Translations under genes and position numbers: made by a program
The notes under the pieces: model-generated
What the model was told of the DNA's origin: nothing
Seen by the model: only the letters and a program-made list of their open reading frames with translations
The model's database searches: none
Shown here: in pieces, positions 46,180 to 53,760 of the stretch
How the letters are laid out: each line of letters opens with the position of its first letter
How positions within the stretch are numbered: the first letter of the stretch is position 1
Source of the DNA: an uncultured Alphaproteobacteria bacterium
GTDB lineage: Bacteria > Pseudomonadota > Alphaproteobacteria > Rhizobiales > Xanthobacteraceae
Assembly (NCBI GenBank): GCA_963824305.1
Contig: CAWGOW010000002.1
Coordinates: forward strand, 118,413 to 182,412
Reading direction: 5' to 3'
Length of the DNA stretch: 64,000 nucleotides

Positions 46180-46962
46180 ATGGCGTATGAAACGATCCTC
46201 ACCGAGGAAGATGGCCCGGCGTTCGTGATCACCTTCAATCGCCCGGAAAAGCGCAACGCACTCAGTCTGCAAACGATCGACGATGTGGCCGACGCCGTGC
46301 GGAAGGCCGCGGCGCTGACGGAGGTTCGGGCGATCATTTTCACTGGCGGCGACAAGGTGTTCTCGGCGGGCGCGGATCTGAACGAAGCGCTCAAGGTCAA
46401 GTCGGTGACGGACGGAGACGCCTTCTTCGGCCGTGCCAACCGCCTTCTCGAGTTGTTGGAAAGCGTCGACAAGCCGGTGCTGGCCGCGATCGAAGGCTTC
46501 TGCATGACCGGCGGCTGTGAACTGGCGCTAGCCTGCGACATCCGGATCGGCGCCAAGGGCTCATCCTACGCGATCACTAGTTCGCGCATCGGTACGGTGG
46601 CGGGCTTCGGCGGAACGCAACGCCTCCCGCGCATTGTCGGGATGTCGAACGCGATGGATATGTTGTTCCTTGGAGACCCGATCGACGCCCAGGAAGCGCA
46701 TCGCATCGGCCTGATCAACCGGCTGACCGAAAAGGGCGAAGCGCTGAAGGAAGCCAAGCGGCTGGTGTCGATCTACGAGAAGCGCGGGCCGCTCAGCCTT
46801 GCCTTTGCCAAGCGCGCGGTTCGGCGTGGAATGCAGATGGACCAGATATCGGCGATCGACCTCGAATTCTTCATGGTCAACACCATTTACGGAACCGAAG
46901 ACAAGCACGAAGGCATTGCCGCATTCCTCGAGAAGCGCGACGCCAAATTCAAGGGCCGATAG
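46180..46962 (+). CDS. Enoyl-CoA hydratase/isomerase
   Basis: 260 aa crotonase fold (ITFNRPEKRNAL, GGDKVFSAGADL, GFCMTGGCELALACD). It is an intact paralogue of the frameshifted gene at 38.1-38.9 kb. Confidence 0.88.
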   Translation: MAYETILTEEDGPAFVITFNRPEKRNALSLQTIDDVADAVRKAAALTEVRAIIFTGGDKVFSAGADLNEALKVKSVTDGDAFFGRANRLLELLESVDKPVLAAIEGFCMTGGCELALACDIRIGAKGSSYAITSSRIGTVAGFGGTQRLPRIVGMSNAMDMLFLGDPIDAQEAHRIGLINRLTEKGEALKEAKRLVSIYEKRGPLSLAFAKRAVRRGMQMDQISAIDLEFFMVNTIYGTEDKHEGIAAFLEKRDAKFKGR

Positions 46963-46979
46963 GCCGCAAGGGGCATCAA

Positions 46980-48173
46980 ATGAAGAGAGAGGACAATGGC
47001 GCGGCGCGCGGCGCGTTGGCTGGCATCAAGGTGGTCGATTTCAGCCGGATGCTGCCGGGGCCGTGGTGCACGCAGATGTTGGGTGACCTCGGCGCGGACG
47101 TGATCAAGGTCGAGCAGCCGGAAGTGGGCGATCTCGGCCGGCACAATCCGCCGAACTTCAAGCAGAACAGCGTCTATTTCACCACCGTCAACGGCAACAA
47201 GCGAGGGGTGGCGCTCGATCTGGCCAAAGCGACGGACCGCAAAAAGGCCCATGAACTGATCGCGGAGGCTGATGTTATCGTCGAATCCTATCGGCGCGAT
47301 GTGACGAAACGGCTCGAAATCGACTACGAGACTGCACGAAAGATCAATCCGCGCATCATCTATTGTTCGATTACCGGCTTCGGTCAGACCGGCCCATGGG
47401 CCGGCATTCCCGGTCACGACCTTGTCGTGCAATCGGTAACGGGGGTCATGGGGACGGGGCCTGAAGGCGAGTTGCCGCCGGTGCCCGGCTTTCAAGCCGG
47501 GGATTACGCCGGATCCGCCTATGCCGTCATGGCCATCCTGGCCGCGCTCTACCAACGGCGCGATACCGGAGAAGGCCGCTACCTCGATATCTCGATGTTC
47601 GACTGTCTGTTCAGCATGACCAACGTGATCGCGGGCCCTGCGCTGGCGCGGTTGGGAGGATTTCCCGTCACGACGGTGATGGAGCTCTATGGCGGCAATC
47701 CGCGCTACGCGACATATCCGACCAAGGACGGCAAAGCCGTCGCGGTCTCGTTGCTCGAAGTACGGATCTGGAATTCGTTCTGCAAGCTGATCGACCGTCC
47801 CGATCTGATTCATGCCGACGAAGGTCCGGAACACCGCCACACGGCGCACGGAGCCCGGGCCGCGCTGTATCGGGATGCGATCGGCCAGTTCTGCCTGTCC
47901 AAGGATCGGGACGAACTCGTGCGATGGATGGCGGAACGCAACGTGCCGATCCTGCCTGTTTATACCTCGGATGAGGCCGTCAACAGTGAGCATGTCGCGG
48001 CGCGGGGAATGGTCGAGTGGATCTCGCATCCGACAGAGGGACGCATTCCCACCATTGCCAATCCGTTGCATGCATCGGGTCTAACTAGGGAACGCTCGCC
48101 CGCGCCGAGTCTGGGACAGCACCAGGAAATCGTCGAGAGAGCGGCCGCCGCTTTTGCCATTGAAACCATTTAA
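46980..48173 (+). CDS. Family III CoA-transferase (CaiB/BaiF), single domain
   Basis: 397 aa (LAGIKVVDFSRMLPGPWCTQMLGDLGADVIKVE; Asp in GFQAGDYAGS). Confidence 0.85.
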   Translation: MKREDNGAARGALAGIKVVDFSRMLPGPWCTQMLGDLGADVIKVEQPEVGDLGRHNPPNFKQNSVYFTTVNGNKRGVALDLAKATDRKKAHELIAEADVIVESYRRDVTKRLEIDYETARKINPRIIYCSITGFGQTGPWAGIPGHDLVVQSVTGVMGTGPEGELPPVPGFQAGDYAGSAYAVMAILAALYQRRDTGEGRYLDISMFDCLFSMTNVIAGPALARLGGFPVTTVMELYGGNPRYATYPTKDGKAVAVSLLEVRIWNSFCKLIDRPDLIHADEGPEHRHTAHGARAALYRDAIGQFCLSKDRDELVRWMAERNVPILPVYTSDEAVNSEHVAARGMVEWISHPTEGRIPTIANPLHASGLTRERSPAPSLGQHQEIVERAAAAFAIETI

Positions 48174-48191
48174 GCATTTCGAGGACTCGTG

Positions 48192-49550
48192 ATGAGCGCA
48201 CTTCAGAACGTGACCAACGCCGATGCCATCGCCAATTTCGTCGCCGATGCCTCCTTTGAGAGATTGCCCAAGGATGTGCTTGAGGCGGCGCGGTTCTGCC
48301 TGGTGGACTGGTTCGGTGTTGCGATCGGTGCGGCCAACGAAGAGGCGATCAAGTCCATCAAGCGGGTTGTCAAAGGGTGGAACGCTGCTGGAAAGTCTCC
48401 CGTTCTGCTTGATGGAGAAACGACGCCGGCTGCTGCTGCGCTCGTCAACGGAACGATGGCGCATTGTCTGGACTTCGACGACACCCATGTGGGATCGATT
48501 GCACACTTGACCGGCCCGACCTGGGCCGCAGCATTTGCGGTGGGCACGCATATCGGTGCATCGCCGCGCGACATCGTTGCAGCGTTTGTGTCCGGATTCG
48601 AGGTTGGAGGCAGGCTGGGGTCCGGTGGACTTGGGGTCGCCATCAACGAACGAAATATCCATTCGACCGGCGTATTCGGATGCGTGGGCGCCGCGATCGC
48701 CGCCTCGATCCTGTATGGGTTGAATGCAGATCAGCTAAAAAACGCGATCGGGCTGGCTTCCACGCAGGCCGCCGGATTGACTGGATCGTTCGGCACGACC
48801 GCCAAGCCGTTCCATGCCGGAAAAGCTGCGTTCAATGGCATTCTTGCCGCCGAAATGGCGCGCGAAGGTTTCAATGCCGCAAAAGGGCTGATCGAGATCG
48901 ATGGCGGTCTTGCCGCCGCATTGGTCCAGGATCGGGCGGTCAAGGTTTCTCCGCTCGACTTCGCGGAAGGCTGGGAAATTACCCGCAATACCTTCAAGCC
49001 TTATGCGTCTTGCCTGTTGACGCATCCAGTCATCGACGCGGCACGCGAGCTGCACGAGCGCCGGAGTGGCCGCGAGATCCGGAAAGTCGACGTCCATGTC
49101 GATCCCTTGTGCATCCAGCTTGCCGGAATCTCCAATCCGCAGACGCCTTTTGAAGGGAAGTTCAGCGTCGCATTTTGCGCGGCGCTCGGGCTTGAAGGGA
49201 TCATTCCGTCGCAGACCGAATTCACCACCAGGACGCTGGGCAACAAGGCCATTCGGCACCTGGTCGACGTCGTCGAATTGTTGCCGACGGCAAAAATGGA
49301 AAAGACCGCTGCCACGGTCGAGATCGTTCTTTCGGACGGATCCAAGGAAAGGTGCCACGTGCCGCTGGCACGCGGCAATCCCGGCCGGCCGATGAACTGG
49401 TCTGACATGGAGCGCAAGTTCATCTCGCTTGTCGATCCCGTCATTCCCGGCAAGGGAAAGCAGCTCTTCGACGCCTTGAAGGCGTTCGACGCGTTACAGG
49501 ACCTGTCGCAAATAAATTCAGTTCTGACGGGAAAGGCAGCTCTTAACTAG
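48192..49550 (+). CDS. MmgE/PrpD-family protein (second copy)
   Basis: 452 aa with family blocks (HCLDFDDTH, IHSTGVFG, KPFHAGKAAFNG). ATG 48192 follows GAGGA. Confidence 0.8.
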   Translation: MSALQNVTNADAIANFVADASFERLPKDVLEAARFCLVDWFGVAIGAANEEAIKSIKRVVKGWNAAGKSPVLLDGETTPAAAALVNGTMAHCLDFDDTHVGSIAHLTGPTWAAAFAVGTHIGASPRDIVAAFVSGFEVGGRLGSGGLGVAINERNIHSTGVFGCVGAAIAASILYGLNADQLKNAIGLASTQAAGLTGSFGTTAKPFHAGKAAFNGILAAEMAREGFNAAKGLIEIDGGLAAALVQDRAVKVSPLDFAEGWEITRNTFKPYASCLLTHPVIDAARELHERRSGREIRKVDVHVDPLCIQLAGISNPQTPFEGKFSVAFCAALGLEGIIPSQTEFTTRTLGNKAIRHLVDVVELLPTAKMEKTAATVEIVLSDGSKERCHVPLARGNPGRPMNWSDMERKFISLVDPVIPGKGKQLFDALKAFDALQDLSQINSVLTGKAALN

Positions 49551-49626
49551 GCCGGAGTTAACTTCCTTTGGCCTAGCCAGCTTCGTGTGAGCTTGTTAAG
49601 CACCACGGCATGCCGTCGATATCTCG

Positions 49627-50328
49627 ATGACAGTTGGAGCCATGCGAAAGAAGCTTGAAAAGCCGTCTGCGAAAGAGCAGGGACAATCCAGCTCCCAGGC
49701 GGCTTATGCGTTGCTGATCGCTGAAATCGAAAGCGGCCGGCTCCAGCCGGGCAGCCGATTGCTGGAGGTTGAACTGGCCGAGCGGCTCGGCATCAGCCGG
49801 ACGCCGGTCCGGGAAGCGATCAAGCGTCTTGAGACCCAGGGCCTCGTCAGCCACGAGCCGAACCAGGGCGCGGTGATCACCAAACTCGATCATGCGCGGA
49901 CCGTCGAACTCTACATCGTCCGGGAAGTGCTAGAAGGCGTCGCCGCACGGCAGGCGGCAACTTCCGCGACAGCGCAAGAACTGGAAATTATTCGCCAGAC
50001 GATGGACGAGGATTGGAAATACGTCGACCGCCATGAGAAGCTCGTCATTCGCGACCGGCTGTTTCACAAGCAAATTCAGCTCACGGCACGAAATCGTTTC
50101 CTGGACGATATCCTCAATAACATGCGGATTTCGCAGATCCTTATGACGGGCACGACGCTTGCCGTGAAAGCGCGCCCTACCGCTCTTCTGGAAGAGCATC
50201 AGGCGATCGTGGATGCAATTTTGGCCCGCGATGCCGACAAGGCCGAAGCCGCTGCCCGGTATCACGTACGGCAGGCATTTGCCACCCGGCTGCGGCTGTA
50301 TGCCGACGCGCAACGCGACGGGATATAA
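49627..50328 (+). CDS. GntR-family transcriptional regulator (FadR/FCD subfamily)
   Basis: wHTH (LLEVELAERLGISRTPVREAIKRLETQGLV) plus a C-terminal all-helical FCD-like domain. Confidence 0.85.
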   Translation: MTVGAMRKKLEKPSAKEQGQSSSQAAYALLIAEIESGRLQPGSRLLEVELAERLGISRTPVREAIKRLETQGLVSHEPNQGAVITKLDHARTVELYIVREVLEGVAARQAATSATAQELEIIRQTMDEDWKYVDRHEKLVIRDRLFHKQIQLTARNRFLDDILNNMRISQILMTGTTLAVKARPTALLEEHQAIVDAILARDADKAEAAARYHVRQAFATRLRLYADAQRDGI

Positions 50329-50397
50329 ATCTTTTGGTACGGAGAGGTTTCCGCCTCTCGTCATTGACGAATGTTCCGATGATGAACAGCGACGAGT

Positions 50398-50522
50398 GGA
50401 GTCAGCCCGCAGGCTCACAACGAAAAAGCCACTGGGATTTACTTCGCGACTGATAAGGTTTTCGGTCTTTCCTTGTCAGATGTCGCAACCGCCAAGTTTT
50501 TGGCAAAACCTTATCAGTTGGC
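50398..50522. repeat. Second locus of the CTGATAAGG hairpin-repeat family (mosaic of forward and inverted copies)
   Basis: GGAGTCAG at 50398-50405. A hairpin forms between CGCGACTGATAAGG (50445-50458) and CCTTGTCAGATGTCGC (50471-50486). A small hairpin GCCAA-GTTT-TTGGC lies at 50491-50504. An inverted copy AACCTTATCAGTTGGC lies at 50507-50522. All of this sits in a 530-nt non-coding gap. Confidence 0.8.
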
Positions 50523-50752
50523 CGTTTGTGAAGTCTTGAGTAATCGGTTTGAGGGCGCTCCGCCTCCGTGGACATTGTTGAAGACTTCCCTGGGGCAGGA
50601 GCCGTCCAAGGTCGCGGTGCTTGAGCCGATAGCGACCTGACGGATAAAGGCTGCGGGTCGGTAAGGCTCCGAAGCCGCTTGCATTCGCTTATCGGTGACC
50701 ATGTTGACAAGCGACTCAGCAACGAAACCCGATTGACGGCGGGTGGCGGGAC

Positions 50753-50794
50753 TTGACTTGCCCCGGCACATTAGTCTACTTATGCAAGTAACAA
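50753..50794 (+). promoter_or_regulatory. Candidate promoter/operator: TTGACT-N14-AGTCTACTTATGCAAGTAACAA (contains the dyad TACTT-N4-AAGTA)
   Basis: This AT-rich 22-mer lies about 65 nt upstream of the crotonase start. It is 19/22 identical to copy 2 at 59618-59639 and has the same upstream TTGACT hexamer. Confidence 0.6.
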
Positions 50795-50858
50795 ATTGGG
50801 CTGCGACTGTCCGTCGAAACGCCCGAGAATTCATCGGCTGGGCGCCAAAGAGGTCGCG

Positions 50859-51632
50859 TTGGAGGAAATTCGAATCGATCGGCGCGGCAGCGTTGCCCAC
50901 GTCATTCTGGATCGGCCAGCCGTAAAGAATGCCGTGACGCACGCGATGTGGCGCGAATTGGCCGCGATCTTCGCTGGCTTCGCTGGCGATAAAGATGTCC
51001 GAGGGGTGGTCCTCAGGGGGGCGGGTAAAGACTTTTCTGTCGGCGCCGACATTTCCGAATTCGAAAAGATCAGAGACGACAAGCACCAGAGCGCGGCTTA
51101 CGAAGTTGCGGTCGACGCTTGCTCTGGGGCGATCGCCGCGCTTGGAAAGCCAGTCGTAGCGGCTATTTCCGCCTATTGTCTCGGCGGCGGCTGCCACCTC
51201 GCGCTCGCGTGCGATTTCCGCTTCGGTGATCGCAGCGCGACGATGGGCATTCCTTCGGCAAAGCTATCCATCGTGTACGGGGTTCATAGTGTGCAGCGCC
51301 TGTTGGCGATCACGGGCGTATCGAACGCGAAGCGCATTCTCTACTCGGCCGACAGTTATTCTGCCGAGCAGGCTAACTCGATGGGTCTGATCGACGAATT
51401 GCACCAAGACGCGAGCTTGGCCGCTGAGGTGTTTCTAGAGCGGCTGGGGGTAAACGCGCCTCTCTCGATTTCCGGCGCCAAATACATGCTGAACGGCCTT
51501 TCGATGGGAGCTGGCGCGCTCGATCTGGCGGCTGCGCAGCGGCTCATCGATGCCGCCTCCGACAGCGCCGATTTCAAGGAAGGCCGACGGGCGTTTGCTG
51601 AGAAGCGGTCACCACGGTTTCGCGGCGAATAA
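50859..51632 (+). CDS. Enoyl-CoA hydratase/isomerase-family protein (possibly a hydrolase-type member)
   Basis: Crotonase blocks (HVILDRPAVKNAV, GAGKDFSVGADI, AYCLGGGCHLALACD). The probable start is TTG 50859, which has AGAGG 6 nt upstream. The longest ORF starts at TTG 50796. Confidence 0.8.
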   Translation: MEEIRIDRRGSVAHVILDRPAVKNAVTHAMWRELAAIFAGFAGDKDVRGVVLRGAGKDFSVGADISEFEKIRDDKHQSAAYEVAVDACSGAIAALGKPVVAAISAYCLGGGCHLALACDFRFGDRSATMGIPSAKLSIVYGVHSVQRLLAITGVSNAKRILYSADSYSAEQANSMGLIDELHQDASLAAEVFLERLGVNAPLSISGAKYMLNGLSMGAGALDLAAAQRLIDAASDSADFKEGRRAFAEKRSPRFRGE

Positions 51633-51654
51633 GCACCAATTTTGGAGGGCACCG

Positions 51655-52515
51655 ATGAAGCCTGCCAAGTTCGACTATGTTTCGCCGTCGACGATAGGTG
51701 CTGCCATTGAGGCGCTGGTCGCGTCGAACGGTGAGGGTAAGGTGCTGGCCGGAGGGCAAAGTCTGCTGCCGCTCCTAAACTTCCGGATGGCTCGGCCTGC
51801 CGTGCTGGTCGATCTGAATCGCATCGAGGGATTGTCGTACATAGAGGATCGCGGCGACCGTATCGCCATCGGCGCTCTGACGCGCCATCGCGACCTCGAG
51901 CACTCGGCCTTGATCGCCGCAAAGCTGCCCGTGATGTCGGCGGCCATGCGCCATGTCGCGCATCTTGCGATCCGCAATCGCGGCACCATCGGCGGCAGTT
52001 TGTCCCACGCGGATCCGGCAGCCGAACTTCCTATGCTCGCGACTTTCTATGAGGCGGCGATCATCGTGCAGGGCCCGAAGGGCCGTCGAACGATCGCGCC
52101 GGGAGAATTCTTTGTCGACGCGCTGACGAACTGCTTGGAGCCGGAAGAGATCGTGGTGGAAATCGAATTTCCGTTCCTGAAGCAGGACGGTTGGGCGTTC
52201 GAGGAAGTGGCGCGCCGCTTTGGCGACTTTGCGCTTGCGTGCATCGCCATCTCTATTCGCCGCGGTGCGTCCGGAATGGAGGCCGCGCGTGTCGCGGTGA
52301 TGGGGGTAGCGGATACGCCGTTGCGTCTGAGGCAGGTCGAGCAGCAACTTGTCGCGATGGCGATCAACGGACAGACGCCCGATCGATTTTCGGAGATTGT
52401 CGCCTCGCAAGTCTCCCCGAACGGAGACATTCACGGCTCAGCCGAATATCGCAGGCATCTCTTGACGCAACTCGCGAAGCGGGCGTTGCGGACGGCGTTG
52501 GCGATGAAAGGCTGA
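51655..52515 (+). CDS. Molybdenum hydroxylase FAD-binding (medium, CoxM-like) subunit
   Basis: Start at ATG 51655 with a GGAGGG SD. AGGQSLLPLLNFR FAD motif. 286 aa. Confidence 0.88.
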   Translation: MKPAKFDYVSPSTIGAAIEALVASNGEGKVLAGGQSLLPLLNFRMARPAVLVDLNRIEGLSYIEDRGDRIAIGALTRHRDLEHSALIAAKLPVMSAAMRHVAHLAIRNRGTIGGSLSHADPAAELPMLATFYEAAIIVQGPKGRRTIAPGEFFVDALTNCLEPEEIVVEIEFPFLKQDGWAFEEVARRFGDFALACIAISIRRGASGMEAARVAVMGVADTPLRLRQVEQQLVAMAINGQTPDRFSEIVASQVSPNGDIHGSAEYRRHLLTQLAKRALRTALAMKG

Positions 52516-52519
52516 TTCG

Positions 52520-53002
52520 ATGACCATCAAGGTATCCTTGACCGTTAATGGAGAGCCACACGACGTGGCTGCGGTCGAGCCGCGTCTGCTTCTGTCTGAC
52601 TTCCTGCGGGATACGCTCGGTCTTACGGGGACACATGTCGGATGCGAACACGGCGTATGCGGCGCCTGTACCGTCTTGATGAACGGCGACAGCGTGCGCT
52701 CCTGCTTGATGCTGGCCGTCCAGGCCAACGGCGCGGAGATCGTCACCGTCGAGGGGCTCGGTACGCCGGAACAGCTGAATGTGCTGCAGACCGAGTTCCG
52801 TGAGCACCATGGGCTTCAGTGCGGCTTCTGTACGCCGGGCATGCTGATGACAGGTGAGGATCTGCTTCGGAAGTATCCGCTTGCGACCGACGATGACATT
52901 CGGGAGGGCCTTTCTGGCAATCTCTGCCGTTGCACTGGATATCAAAACATCGTCGCGGCGATCAGAAGCGCGGCCGCCAAGCGCACGGAGAAGGCGCCAT
53001 GA
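52520..53002 (+). CDS. Molybdenum hydroxylase [2Fe-2S] (small, CoxS-like) subunit
   Basis: 160 aa with both cluster motifs ([12 protein letters not shown]; QCGFCTPGM...NLCRCTGY). Confidence 0.9.
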   Translation: MTIKVSLTVNGEPHDVAAVEPRLLLSDFLRDTLGLTGTHVGCEHGVCGACTVLMNGDSVRSCLMLAVQANGAEIVTVEGLGTPEQLNVLQTEFREHHGLQCGFCTPGMLMTGEDLLRKYPLATDDDIREGLSGNLCRCTGYQNIVAAIRSAAAKRTEKAP

Positions 53003-53760
53003 AACTCAATTTTCTTACAGCTGGCCGCCTTCGGATGAAGAAGAGCATCTACGTGGCCGGCGCCGATCGGACCGAAACCATCGACCTTCCCGTCAGCAGC
53101 GCATTGATCCGGCACAAGCAGGGCAATGTGCTGTTCGATACCGGCTGCCACCCCTCCGTGGTCGATAACGCCGAGGACCGCTGGGGGCCGCTTGCCAAGG
53201 TCATGAATCCGATCATGAACGCGGGCGAGACTTTGCTGCCAAGCCTCACATGCACCGGGCTTGAGCCGGACGACATCGACATTGTCGTGAACTCGCACTT
53301 CCATCCCGACCATTGCGGCTGCAACCAATTCTTCAGGAAGGCGACGATCCTCGCGCACACGAGGGAAATCGAAGCGGCAAACGCTCCGGGTGCCGAAAAT
53401 GCGGGCTATCTTAGGGCCGACTGGAATACCGGACAGGGTATCGAGGCCGTAGCCGGAGAGAGGGATCTGTTCGGCGATTCCAGCGTCGTGCTGTTGCCGT
53501 TGCCGGGTCACACGCCTGGAACACTCGGTGCGCTGGTCGGCCTGGATCGTGACGGTCAGTTCTTGCTTGCTTCCGACTCGGTGAGTCTTCGACAGAACCT
53601 AGATGCCGACGCAGCGCCTCGAAACACCTGGAACGTCGACCAGCAGCTGAAGACCTTCGATGAAGTCAGGCGTATCGAGAGGGGAGGCGCTACCGTGATT
53701 TGCGGCCATGACGACCAGCAATGGCGGGTCTTGCGCAAGGGAAGCGAAGGCTATGAGTAG
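52999..53760 (+). CDS. Metallo-beta-lactamase-fold lactonase (AttM/AiiB-type N-acyl-homoserine-lactonase family)
   Basis: Start at ATG 52999, overlapping the coxS stop (ATGA). SHFHPDHCG (HxHxDH), PGHTPG, ASD and CGHD metal ligands. 253 aa. Its stop lies 5 nt after the coxL start. Confidence 0.8.
   Translation: MKLNFLTAGRLRMKKSIYVAGADRTETIDLPVSSALIRHKQGNVLFDTGCHPSVVDNAEDRWGPLAKVMNPIMNAGETLLPSLTCTGLEPDDIDIVVNSHFHPDHCGCNQFFRKATILAHTREIEAANAPGAENAGYLRADWNTGQGIEAVAGERDLFGDSSVVLLPLPGHTPGTLGALVGLDRDGQFLLASDSVSLRQNLDADAAPRNTWNVDQQLKTFDEVRRIERGGATVICGHDDQQWRVLRKGSEGYE

Noticed and set aside
46887-48071. A 394-aa minus-strand ORF opposite the single-domain CoA-transferase
   Set aside because: Same reasoning: it is an antisense shadow ORF in high-GC DNA. 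The + strand product has clear CaiB/BaiF motifs.
49547-49576. Inverted repeat CTAGGCC-N16-GGCCTAG after the second PrpD-like gene
   Set aside because: The stem is short, the loop is 16 nt and there is no T-tract, which is insufficient for a terminator call. It could be incidental.
50402-51197. Minus-strand ORFs (106 aa and 227 aa) in the 530-nt gap upstream of the crotonase-cox operon
   Set aside because: They have no recognisable domain. They span the repeat element and the promoter motif and run antisense into the crotonase gene. I therefore treat the region as non-coding.
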